Shown here in pieces: positions 1-7,103 of a DNA stretch of 64,000 nt. The position numbers and the translations under genes are program-made. Position 1 is the first letter of the stretch, and every line of letters begins with the position of its first letter. Origin of the DNA: Opitutia bacterium (GTDB taxonomy: Bacteria > Verrucomicrobiota > Verrucomicrobiia > Opitutales > Opitutaceae); contig CANJVR010000001.1 in assembly GCA_947478395.1 (NCBI GenBank), forward strand, positions 224,001 through 288,000. Reading direction: 5' to 3'. Under the pieces are notes generated by a model. It was not told the origin of the DNA, did not search any database, and saw only the letters and a list, made by a program, of their open reading frames with translations.

Positions 1-600
1 GGCGCCGAAGTCGAGGCCCGCGCCCGGCGGGAACTCGCCGGATATTATGCACACATCACGGCGACCGACCGCGCCCTCGGACGTCTCGTGGCCGCGCTCG
101 ACGACGAGGCCGTCCTCCGGGGCCGCCCCGCACCGGTCGTGGTGTTCACGTCCGTTCACGGCGACATGCACGGTGCGCATGGTTATTTTCGGAAAGGCTG
201 GCCGTACGAGGAAAGTGTGCGCGTGCCATTGTTAGTGCGGGAGACGAAACCGCCGGGCGTGCGGTGCGGCATTTCGAGTTCGGCGTTGGTTTCACTGGTG
301 GATCTGCCGGCGATGACCCGGGCGTGGGCCGGGCACCCAAACGCCCAAACTCCGGCCGCGGAACCCGAAACGGACATGCGCCGCATTTCCATGCCGTCGG
401 TCGTCGCGCTGCCGCATCAGTGCGATCGCATCTGGCGCGGCCACCGCAGCGCGGCGCGAAAACTCATTCTCGATGAGCGGGGCGAGCCCTGGCTGTTTTT
501 TGATTTGAAAGAGGACCCGCTCGAAACGCGAAACCTCGCCAACGATCCGGCGTACCGCGCCGAAATTCAAAGCGGACGCGCACGAATTCTAGCCGGGTAA
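1..600 (+). CDS. Sulfatase-family hydrolase, C-terminal part (5' end outside window)
   Basis: Frame open from base 1 (..LAGYYAHITATDRALGRLV..); sulfatase motifs FTSxHG, KGWPYEESVRVPL, LFFDLKEDPLETRNLA. Confidence 0.85.
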   Translation, partial: GAEVEARARRELAGYYAHITATDRALGRLVAALDDEAVLRGRPAPVVVFTSVHGDMHGAHGYFRKGWPYEESVRVPLLVRETKPPGVRCGISSSALVSLVDLPAMTRAWAGHPNAQTPAAEPETDMRRISMPSVVALPHQCDRIWRGHRSAARKLILDERGEPWLFFDLKEDPLETRNLANDPAYRAEIQSGRARILAG

Positions 601-608
601 ACGGGGAG

Positions 609-621
609 CGACTGGTTCGGC
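609..621 (-). repeat. Truncated attC remnant (R'' box and spacer only)
   Basis: Minus strand GCCGAAC-CAGTCGC matches the start of the other attC sites, then similarity stops just before the sulfatase stop codon. Confidence 0.6.
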
Positions 622-628
622 TCTGGTT

Positions 629-927
629 TCACGGATTCGCATTCAGTTGCACCTCGATCCTGCGTTCGACCCGATCACGAAGAACCGTAACGACCGTCCG
701 CTTCCCAGCGTACCGAGGGAGAAGGTCCAGCAGCTGCTGCGGCGATAAAATCGGGATATCGTCCAGCGCGATCACGACATCGCCGGCGAGAACATTGGCC
801 CGGAAAGCCGGCGAATCGTCTATCACCCGCTTAACCAAAGCGCCTGTGTTCCGCTGCAGGCTTTTTCGCATCTCTTCGCGCAGCCCGAAAGAAGCGCGGT
901 CGCAAATAGGAAGACGGTTTTCTTCAT
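629..927 (-). pseudogene. Cassette 17: PDZ-domain lipoprotein, frameshifted/internally deleted
   Basis: ATG at 927 gives lipoprotein signal MKKTVFLFATALLSGC, then stops after 34 aa; the PDZ part (GALVKRVIDDSPAFRANVLAGDVV) is in another frame (ORF 629..871). Confidence 0.7.
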
Positions 928-934
928 AATTTTC

Positions 935-995
935 GGCTAACGTTCAAGATGCGCCACGGCCACGCGCGGCCGTGGGCTTTAGCGTTTGGTTAGGC
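935..995 (-). repeat. attC site 1 (divergent loop variant)
   Basis: + strand GGCTAAC...GTTAGGC, 61 bp, central CACGGCC/GGCCGTG stem. Confidence 0.85.
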
Positions 996-1272
996 TGTTT
1001 TCATTTTCAACGGCCCGCCGCAATACTGGGCCCATCAGAATCCAAGCCGATCCGCCGCTGAGGCAAAATAGCGCCACCCCATTCGCCAGGAGATTCAGCC
1101 AAAATGAACTTTGCCGTGGGAAGATAATCGCTGCGATGCGATCCGACAAAAACCACGAGCAAATCATCGTCCCGAGAACCGTCGAAAGAAAGGAGGACTT
1201 ACGCCGAACCTCAGTCGCGAGCCGCTTCCGTTCGACTTCGGGAATATCCCGATATTTTACCCGCGTGGTCAT
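979..1272 (-). CDS. Cassette 16: small membrane protein, hypothetical
   Basis: 97 aa, two hydrophobic segments, fills the inter-attC space. Confidence 0.7.
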   Translation of the reverse strand: MTTRVKYRDIPEVERKRLATEVRRKSSFLSTVLGTMICSWFLSDRIAAIIFPRQSSFWLNLLANGVALFCLSGGSAWILMGPVLRRAVENENSLTKR

Positions 1273-1281
1273 CGCATTTTT

Positions 1282-1342
1282 CCCGAGCGTTCAAGCTGAG
1301 CCCCGGCCGCTCGGGGCCGTTGGCTTTGGCGTCTGGTTAGCC
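1282..1342 (-). repeat. attC site 2 (loop A; core GTT mutated to GCT)
   Basis: CCCGAGCgttcaagctgagccccggccgctcggggccgttggc...GTTAGCC. Confidence 0.9.
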
Positions 1343-1345
1343 TTT

Positions 1346-1561
1346 TTAGAGCACAGCGATGAATTCATCGGCGGTAACACCAGCTTGGCGCAGTACACCA
1401 GAAAGCGTGCCTATCTTCACTTCACGATGCAAAGGGACTACGCAGCCAACCGAACCGCGGCGAAGCATAACATGGCTGCCCTTTTGACGTAATTGCTGAA
1501 AGCCGAGTCTTTCAAGGGCTCGTACGATTTCGGACCCAGAAAGATGCGGAAGCTTAGGCCC
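1346..1561 (-). CDS. hicA: Cassette 15: HicA-family toxin; expected start codon reads GGG (possible pseudogene); absent from ORF track
   Basis: Manual translation (G)PKLPHLSGSEIVRALERLGFQQLRQKGSHVMLRRGSVGCVVPLHREVKIGTLSGVLRQAGVTADEFIAVL; RQKGSH and VPxH motifs; overlaps hicB stop. Confidence 0.85.
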   Translation of the reverse strand, partial: GPKLPHLSGSEIVRALERLGFQQLRQKGSHVMLRRGSVGCVVPLHREVKIGTLSGVLRQAGVTADEFIAVL

Positions 1562-1760
1562 CGATCGCTACCTCGAACGTGGTCAAAAGCGCGCTTCCCG
1601 CGACAGGAACCGAAAACTCGGACAGATAAAGCTCCGTCGCCTCACGCAGATTTTCGAGCGCCTGACGCAGATCTTCGCCTTGAGTCGTGGTGCCGGTTTC
1701 TGGATTGAGAGCGACGAATCCGCCTTCCTCGGCGGGCGTGAGAACTGCGGTGAGAGTCAT
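1554..1760 (-). CDS. hicB: Cassette 15: HicB-family antitoxin (short form)
   Basis: 68 aa, EEGGFVA..TQGEDLRQALENLREATELYL signature. Confidence 0.88.
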   Translation of the reverse strand: MTLTAVLTPAEEGGFVALNPETGTTTQGEDLRQALENLREATELYLSEFSVPVAGSALLTTFEVAIGA

Positions 1761-1806
1761 AAGCTCAACTTGGCGGAGAAAGATGTGCCGTCAATCGGTC
1801 CTTTCC

Positions 1807-1867
1807 GACTGACGTTCAAGCTGAGCCCCGGCCGCTCGGGGCCGTTGGATCTGGCGGCTGGTTAGGC
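1807..1867 (-). repeat. attC site 3 (loop A; core GTT mutated to GTC)
   Basis: GACTGACgttcaagctgagcc...GTTAGGC. Confidence 0.9.
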
Positions 1868-2124
1868 TTTTTTCTCATCGTGGAATCGCCCCAACGCCAC
1901 CGAGGCGACTCGCCTTTCCAATAGCAGAACACGATCAAGACCGCAGCCAGCGCCGCACTGTAGGTTGCAAAAAACAACGGGTGTTTCTCAGCCGCGGGTG
2001 CGCCCGCCGCGAGCGCGACAAAAAACGCGCCCATCACGAGCCAACCCTGCCAACGCGCGGGCAGGCCCCAGCCGTAACCATAGGTCTTTGCAGGAAACCA
2101 AGCTTCGTCTTTTGGGAGGGACAT
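1816..2124 (-). CDS. Cassette 14: small membrane protein, reads through attC
   Basis: WFPAKTYGYGWGLPARWQGW N-terminus, two TM segments, attC-encoded tail PNQPPDPTAPSGRGSA. Confidence 0.8.
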   Translation of the reverse strand: MSLPKDEAWFPAKTYGYGWGLPARWQGWLVMGAFFVALAAGAPAAEKHPLFFATYSAALAAVLIVFCYWKGESPRWRWGDSTMRKKPNQPPDPTAPSGRGSA

Positions 2125-2138
2125 AAAATATTTCTGGA

Positions 2139-2200
2139 GCCGAACGTTTCAAGCTGAGCCCCGGCCGGCTGCGGCCGTTGGCTCTGGCGGCTGGTTAGCC
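2139..2200 (-). repeat. attC site 4 (loop B)
   Basis: GCCGAAC...ccggctgcggcc...GTTAGCC, 62 bp. Confidence 0.92.
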
Positions 2201-2494
2201 TTTTTCTTCGAGCGCATCCCGAATCCATTTGGGATCGCGCCTGCAATCCAGCACGCGGAACACGACGGCTTCTCCGGAGGTAGTTCGGTAATAAACGGCG
2301 AAGGGAAAACGCTGGGCCAACAAACGATGAAACCCAAATCGCACACCGTGAATTCCAGTATGGAGCGTCAGTGAGTCGATCTCGGCGAAGAGACTGTCGA
2401 AGAAATAATCTCCCACCCCGGGTTCTTGATGATCGTAGAAAATTCTAGCAGACGCCAGATCCTCCAATGCCGAGCGCAGAAGCCTAACCTTCAT
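2195..2494 (-). CDS. Cassette 13: RelE/ParE-family toxin
   Basis: 99 aa, ALEDL..FY..G..F, RFPFAVYY, VLDCRRDP; ATGA overlap with upstream antitoxin. Confidence 0.88.
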   Translation of the reverse strand: MKVRLLRSALEDLASARIFYDHQEPGVGDYFFDSLFAEIDSLTLHTGIHGVRFGFHRLLAQRFPFAVYYRTTSGEAVVFRVLDCRRDPKWIRDALEEKG

Positions 2495-2706
2495 TCAAAA
2501 CGGCGCCGCAGCTCTTTCTTCGCGTCAGCCCATTCGAGCACCTCAATCCGACCAGCTGCGAAATCCGTCTCGGTTTTTTTAAGCGCTTCTTGATGCCGCG
2601 CGGGACTCTCAAAACTGCTCTCGTCGCCCGCAATATCGCTCCAGAGCGCTTCTATGATGCGGAGCTTTTCGTCAGGTGGAAGCTTGCGAAGTTCGGCGAG
2701 ACTCAC
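2491..2706 (-). CDS. Cassette 13: addiction-module antitoxin
   Basis: 71 aa, LPPDEKLRIIEALWSDI ... WADAKKEL. Confidence 0.85.
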   Translation of the reverse strand: MSLAELRKLPPDEKLRIIEALWSDIAGDESSFESPARHQEALKKTETDFAAGRIEVLEWADAKKELRRRFE

Positions 2707-2752
2707 GACCCAAAACTAGTGGGCTAAACCGTGCCCGCAAGGGTTCTTTCTT

Positions 2753-2813
2753 GGCTAACGTTCAAGCTGATCCCCGGCCGCTCGGGGCCGTTGGCTCTGG
2801 CGGCTGGTTCGGC
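2753..2813 (-). repeat. attC site 5 (loop A)
   Basis: GGCTAAC...GTTCGGC, 61 bp. Confidence 0.92.
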
Positions 2814-3211
2814 TCCCTTTTCTTTTCGAAGCAGGCCCAGAGCAACAGTCCGTAAGCGAGCGCCCATAGGTAGTACCCGATTTGGATCCCCCACTCCCTC
2901 TGGGAACTGGACGCGAATGAGTAGGCGTTCATTGCGAACCAGGAAAGCACATGAACTAACATCAAGGTAGCGAGAATCCGATTGAAGACGCCACCACCAG
3001 CACGGGTAAAGGATAGCGCGGCAAGAACCACGAAGGCCAAATTCGTCAGGGCGAAAGCAGAGTAATACGGACTTTTAATAGGCTCTTTGCACAACAAGCC
3101 CCAGCACATCTCTTCGCACCGGAAGCCCGTGTAATCATGATACGCAGGCAGAAAGTGCGATGCGCCGAACACCAAAAGAGCAATGACCGCGATGATCGGA
3201 CTTATTTTCAT
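2762..3211 (-). CDS. Cassette 12: membrane protein, reads through attC
   Basis: 149 aa, about four hydrophobic segments, IGYYLW motif, attC-encoded tail. Confidence 0.75.
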   Translation of the reverse strand: MKISPIIAVIALLVFGASHFLPAYHDYTGFRCEEMCWGLLCKEPIKSPYYSAFALTNLAFVVLAALSFTRAGGGVFNRILATLMLVHVLSWFAMNAYSFASSSQREWGIQIGYYLWALAYGLLLWACFEKKREPNQPPEPTAPSGRGSA

Positions 3212-3272
3212 ACCTAATGTTCAAGCTGAGCCCCGGCCGGCTGCGGCCGTTGGCTCTGGCGACTGGTTAGCC
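3212..3272 (-). repeat. attC site 6 (loop B; core GTT mutated to ATT)
   Basis: ACCTAATgttcaagctgagcc...GTTAGCC. Confidence 0.9.
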
Positions 3273-3437
3273 CGTTTTTCGATCCAGTAGCAATGTACGA
3301 ATCTTGTTTGGATTATGGGTGGCGCGGAGCGTTCGCCGCACGATCCGTGACAGACTTGAGCGTTGGCTGTAGCGGCTCGTTGGCCCGTTTGGGGGCTTGA
3401 GTCAAAGTGCGCGTGGGAATTTGTTGGTGGAAACGCG

Positions 3438-3764
3438 ATGACGAAACCCACCTGCCCGGAATGTACGATGGAAGAAGTGATCAGCCATGCCGAGCGCTGG
3501 GAATGTGCGACGTGCGGTCATGAATGGCCGAAGCAGGCAGTGCCTGAGGTGGCGCGCGTGGTGAAAGATGCGCACGGCAATGTGCTGACCGACGGCGATA
3601 GTGTGGTCCTGATAAAAGACCTGAAGCTGCGGAGTTCGTCAGGCGTGCTGAAGCAGGGAGCAAAGGCGAAGAACATCCGCTTGGTGGAGGGCGATCACGA
3701 AATCGACTGCAAGATCGACGGCACCGCGATCGCACTCAAAGCGTGTTTTGTGAAGAAGGCTTGA
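3438..3764 (+). CDS. Cassette 11: PhnA/YjdM zinc-ribbon protein, inverted relative to the array
   Basis: CPEC..CATCGHEW zinc ribbon and VKDAHGNVLTDGDSVVLIKDLK..IRLVEGDHEIDCKIDG..LKACFVKKA. Confidence 0.9.
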   Translation: MTKPTCPECTMEEVISHAERWECATCGHEWPKQAVPEVARVVKDAHGNVLTDGDSVVLIKDLKLRSSSGVLKQGAKAKNIRLVEGDHEIDCKIDGTAIALKACFVKKA

Positions 3765-3779
3765 GTGATCGAATTTCAG

Positions 3780-3820
3780 GCCGAACGTTTCAAGCTGAGC
3801 CGCTGAGCGCCTGGTTAGGC
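3780..3820 (-). repeat. attC site 7, internally deleted (41 bp)
   Basis: GCCGAACgtttcaagctgagcc joined to ..gcgcctgGTTAGGC; central stem-loop missing. Confidence 0.8.
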
Positions 3821-4276
3821 TGTCTGGTTTTCATCTAAAACTAAACGAAATGGCGTCATGGTAGATTTCGTAAATCCCGATCGCTCATAGAATTTTATGG
3901 CGGAATAATTCACGCTATCGGTCAACAATGTAACCCTCCCACAACCGCCATCGCGCGCCTGCAAAATTGCTGCCGCCAAAATAAGATTACCGAAGCCTTT
4001 GCCTCTGTGTTCCGGCGAAACAACCATATCTTCAAGTATCGCCACTTTCTGACCCATAAAAGTGCTTACAGTGTAAAGTATACTCACCATTCCAACAATT
4101 TCACCTTCGACACAACCAACTATAATATGCCCGTAAACTGGGTTTTCTAAAATCAACCTAAGGCCAGCTGCTTGACGCATCGCATCGGCCCTGAACTCGG
4201 CTTCTTGCTCAAAAAGCAGTTTAAGCAGTGCGCAAAGATTGGGCACATCGTCGAGGGTGGCGAAGCGGGTCTTCAT
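3815..4276 (-). CDS. Cassette 10: GNAT-family N-acetyltransferase
   Basis: VVSPEHRGKGFG acetyl-CoA motif A and NYSAIKFYERSGF motif B; AT-rich sequence. Confidence 0.9.
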   Translation of the reverse strand: MKTRFATLDDVPNLCALLKLLFEQEAEFRADAMRQAAGLRLILENPVYGHIIVGCVEGEIVGMVSILYTVSTFMGQKVAILEDMVVSPEHRGKGFGNLILAAAILQARDGGCGRVTLLTDSVNYSAIKFYERSGFTKSTMTPFRLVLDENQTA

Positions 4277-4281
4277 TTTTT

Positions 4282-4341
4282 GCCTAAAGTTCAAGCTGAG
4301 CCCCGGCCGCACGGGGCCGTGGCTCTGGCGTCTGGTTCGGC
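4282..4341 (-). repeat. attC site 8 (loop A variant; core GTT mutated to TTT)
   Basis: GCCTAAAgttcaagctgagcc...GTTCGGC, 60 bp. Confidence 0.88.
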
Positions 4342-4348
4342 TCTTTTT

Positions 4349-4711
4349 TCATTCGGGCCGTGGCGGCAGAGATGCGAGCAGCTTGGTCTCCTCCTCGGGA
4401 AAAGTGAGTGCGTATTTTTCTTTGTATTCGCGGATCTGCCATAACACCTGGACATCACCAGGGCGCTTGTATCCGAGCGCATCAAACCACTTCACCGACG
4501 TAGGCAGTGTGCTTTCGAGCATCGTCAAAACCTGCTCCGGATTATTTTTTCGCAGGAGCTTCGCGTGCACGAGGTGCTCTCCGACGACCGATACACTGAG
4601 ATTCTGAAGGACCGCAGTCGGTCCTTTGGCGATGACTATCCAACTGACACCCGCCCCAGCGACGGCGCCGACAAGACTTGATACTAGCGCGACTACAATT
4701 GTGGAACGCAT
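4349..4711 (-). CDS. Cassette 9: hypothetical protein with N-terminal hydrophobic anchor
   Basis: ATG at 4711 just after the attC core; fills the cassette. Confidence 0.7.
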   Translation of the reverse strand: MRSTIVVALVSSLVGAVAGAGVSWIVIAKGPTAVLQNLSVSVVGEHLVHAKLLRKNNPEQVLTMLESTLPTSVKWFDALGYKRPGDVQVLWQIREYKEKYALTFPEEETKLLASLPPRPE

Positions 4712-4723
4712 AAAATAAATTTC

Positions 4724-4783
4724 CGCCAACATTCAAGCTGAGCCAAGGCCGCTCGGGGCCGTGGCGCTGGCGTCTGGTTGGGC
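4724..4783 (-). repeat. attC site 9 (loop A, several substitutions)
   Basis: CGCCAACattcaagctgagcc...GTTGGGC, 60 bp. Confidence 0.88.
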
Positions 4784-4793
4784 TTCTGGTTCA

Positions 4794-4982
4794 TCAGGTG
4801 AATCGGAAAACTAGTCCGGGGAAAAGAAGTCCGCAGACAGCGAGCATCGCGCCACAGAGCATCACGAGATACGCCAGCATATACTTCCATTTTGCTTCGT
4901 CTTTCCTCTTCCGCATTCGCGCAAAGAAGATCGCACCAACGATGAAGAGGAGGCTGCCAATCGCGATATCTTGTGGGTTCAT
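4794..4982 (-). CDS. Cassette 8: small two-TM membrane protein
   Basis: MNPQDIAIGSLLFIVGAIFF..; 62 aa, TM-basic loop-TM. Confidence 0.7.
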   Translation of the reverse strand: MNPQDIAIGSLLFIVGAIFFARMRKRKDEAKWKYMLAYLVMLCGAMLAVCGLLFPGLVFRFT

Positions 4983-4995
4983 GGGGGTCTTTTTT

Positions 4996-5056
4996 GCCCA
5001 ACGTTCAAGCTGAGCCACGGCCGCTCGGGGCCGTTGGCTCTGGCGTCTGGTTCGGC
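4996..5056 (-). repeat. attC site 10 (loop A)
   Basis: GCCCAAC...GTTCGGC, 61 bp. Confidence 0.93.
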
Positions 5057-5304
5057 TCTTTATTCTTTCTAAAACCAGAGATCAGGAGAAATCGCAGAAT
5101 GCCAATCCCGCCGATGGAAAGCACGAGGCCAACAACTACGAGGCTCTTGCGGAACCAGCCATCATGACCATCCCCAAGCCAAAGAAGCGCCACGCCAACT
5201 AAGTGGACTGCCGATCCGACACCAAACATCCTCCAGGTTCTTCGCTTTTGAACACGCCGTTGCTCCGCCTCTTCCTCACTCTTCAAAGCGCCAGTTGTGG
5301 TCAT
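5005..5304 (-). CDS. Cassette 7: two-TM membrane protein, reads through attC
   Basis: 99 aa, tail EPNQTPEPTAPSGRGSA. Confidence 0.75.
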   Translation of the reverse strand: MTTTGALKSEEEAEQRRVQKRRTWRMFGVGSAVHLVGVALLWLGDGHDGWFRKSLVVVGLVLSIGGIGILRFLLISGFRKNKEPNQTPEPTAPSGRGSA

Positions 5305-5316
5305 AGGGTTTTCTTT

Positions 5317-5377
5317 GCCGAACGTTCAAGATGAGCCACGGCCGGCTGCGGCCGTTGGCTCTGGCGTCTGGTTAGGC
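5317..5377 (-). repeat. attC site 11 (loop B)
   Basis: GCCGAAC...GTTAGGC, 61 bp. Confidence 0.93.
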
Positions 5378-5970
5378 TCTTTTTTCGGTCGAAGGATGAT
5401 CCACTCCACCAAAAGAAGGTTTGGCACCCAACAGAGCCAACCCAGCGCTGGATAAAAAGAATCGAAGGGGAGACCTAACGCGAAGAAAACGCCGAGGTAG
5501 ATCCGGAGCGTAACGGCCGCGAAGGTAAGGGCAAAGCAGCGGATCGCCCACATCCGGTGATCCTCATAATCCCGCTCCCAAACCGCGAGCAACGCCCTGT
5601 AGCCGGTGTAGAGCCACAGCAGCGCGAGAACCGCAAAGCCGAGCTTCGACACCAGGCCTCCGTAGGCAACGAACGCCATCGCCAATCCTGTGACTCCTCC
5701 GAAAAGAACGGCCGAAAAGTAGGCGTAGCCGATCTTCCGATGGATCGCACGACGCTCTCGCACCGCCGGCAAAAACTGGAACGGTCCGGTCACCAATGCG
5801 ACGACCGAACAGAACACGTGGGCCAGGATTCTCACTCGATGCGCCGCATAGACCGACTTCATCGCGGGCGCTACCGTTGCGCCAGGCGTGAGCACACCGT
5901 AGGAGTAAATGGCATAGCCCGCCACGCCGAGACACAGGAGAAGCACAACAGAGAACGTAAGCTTCTTCAT
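5326..5970 (-). CDS. Cassette 6: DUF2306-like membrane protein, reads through attC
   Basis: GPFQF..HRKIGYAY, HRMWAIRCFALTFAAVTLR, WLCWVPNLLLVEW motifs. Confidence 0.85.
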   Translation of the reverse strand: MKKLTFSVVLLLCLGVAGYAIYSYGVLTPGATVAPAMKSVYAAHRVRILAHVFCSVVALVTGPFQFLPAVRERRAIHRKIGYAYFSAVLFGGVTGLAMAFVAYGGLVSKLGFAVLALLWLYTGYRALLAVWERDYEDHRMWAIRCFALTFAAVTLRIYLGVFFALGLPFDSFYPALGWLCWVPNLLLVEWIILRPKKEPNQTPEPTAAAGRGSS

Positions 5971-5973
5971 TTT

Positions 5974-6034
5974 GCCTAACGTTCAAGATGAGCCACGGCC
6001 GCTCGGGGCCGTTGGCTCTGGCGTCTGGTTGGGC
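5974..6034 (-). repeat. attC site 12 (loop A)
   Basis: GCCTAAC...GTTGGGC, 61 bp. Confidence 0.93.
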
Positions 6035-6037
6035 CTC

Positions 6038-6331
6038 TTATTTTCGCATGATTCCAAAGCGAGGATGGCGCTTGTGGTGGCGAAGGACAAGGACGCGAAC
6101 TCCCGAGGAAACTTCTCGAAAGAGGAGATGATAAGGAAATGTCGCCATATTGGCTCGGCGTAATCCGTGTGGCGCTGGATGAAATCGTCGCGGCTCGCGC
6201 GCCACTTCTCCAACCAAAGTATCCAGCTCCGAGAAAAATCGGTCAGCCAACGGAGCTCCGCCTTCTTCCTCGTAGTACCTGAGAACCGCTCGCACATCCT
6301 TCTGAACGAGCCGATGAAAGATAAGCCCCAT
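6038..6331 (-). CDS. Cassette 5: RelE/ParE-family toxin
   Basis: 97 aa, YYEEEGG.LADRF, FPYHLLFR, VLRHHKRHP. Confidence 0.88.
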   Translation of the reverse strand: MGLIFHRLVQKDVRAVLRYYEEEGGAPLADRFFSELDTLVGEVAREPRRFHPAPHGLRRANMATFPYHLLFREVSSGVRVLVLRHHKRHPRFGIMRK

Positions 6332-6334
6332 CGC

Positions 6335-6547
6335 TTACCGACCCAACTCTTGCTTCAAAGTAGACCACTCCACGCCGGACGCAGGGTCTGATTCTAATTC
6401 TGCATCCCTGCGAAGCGCCTCGGCGATCCCTTCGTCTTCGTCGGATAGGACGCCCGGAAGAGTCTGCAATAGATCCGACGCGAGCACAGCCCGCTCAGCG
6501 TCAGGCAGACTCATGACTTCTTTCGTGAGTTCTTGTAACCGCGTCAT
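6335..6547 (-). CDS. Cassette 5: addiction-module antitoxin
   Basis: 70 aa, LPDAERAVLASDLLQTL..EALRRDAEL. Confidence 0.85.
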   Translation of the reverse strand: MTRLQELTKEVMSLPDAERAVLASDLLQTLPGVLSDEDEGIAEALRRDAELESDPASGVEWSTLKQELGR

Positions 6548-6591
6548 GCCTCGACTGTGAGCTCAGATGTTCCGGACGCCACTCTTTCTTT

Positions 6592-6652
6592 GCCCAACGT
6601 TCAAGATAAGCCACGGCCGGCTGCGGCCGTTGGCTCTGGCGTCTGGTTCGGC
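6592..6652 (-). repeat. attC site 13 (loop B)
   Basis: GCCCAAC...GTTCGGC, 61 bp. Confidence 0.93.
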
Positions 6653-6655
6653 TCT

Positions 6656-7030
6656 TCAGGTTTTGCAGTCATTCGGAAAATGGTCAGCGAAATCTCCGAT
6701 CACTCTCAACTCATCGGGCTCGCACAGGCGTGGAAGCTTATTCGATGGGTGCCTCTCCTTCCACAAACGGAGGATATCGTAGTAATATGGGTCCGCGCAT
6801 CCGACACCGACTACGAACGCGCCTTCATCCTCAGCCGCGTGAACCACAGGCACGATAAGCCAAACCGTGAAGCCAATGTGCCGATTGCGGAAACCGAGCC
6901 ACCGAATCTTCTCAAGGGGGCGACTAAAATCTAAGAAATAAGGTCCTTCAGCGGTGAAACACCCCGTCTTACTTACCGCATAGTCGTCCGGACGACTATG
7001 AACCCTAAACAGCTGAATTCGCATGGGCAT
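6656..7030 (-). CDS. Cassette 4: hypothetical protein
   Basis: 124 aa ORF filling the cassette; no family recognised. Confidence 0.7.
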   Translation of the reverse strand: MPMRIQLFRVHSRPDDYAVSKTGCFTAEGPYFLDFSRPLEKIRWLGFRNRHIGFTVWLIVPVVHAAEDEGAFVVGVGCADPYYYDILRLWKERHPSNKLPRLCEPDELRVIGDFADHFPNDCKT

Positions 7031-7042
7031 GGCGCCAGTTTT

Positions 7043-7103
7043 GCCGAACGTTCAAGATGAGCCACGGCCGCTCGGGGCCGTTGGCTCTGGCGTCTGGTTA
7101 GGC
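7043..7103 (-). repeat. attC site 14 (loop A)
   Basis: GCCGAAC...GTTAGGC, 61 bp. Confidence 0.93.

Noticed and set aside
2149..6297. Extra short ORFs ending in ..GRGSA/SS (2149..2346, 3221..3451, 4291..4485, 5983..6297)
   Set aside because: Alternative frames that merely share the attC stop codon and overlap better-supported cassette genes.
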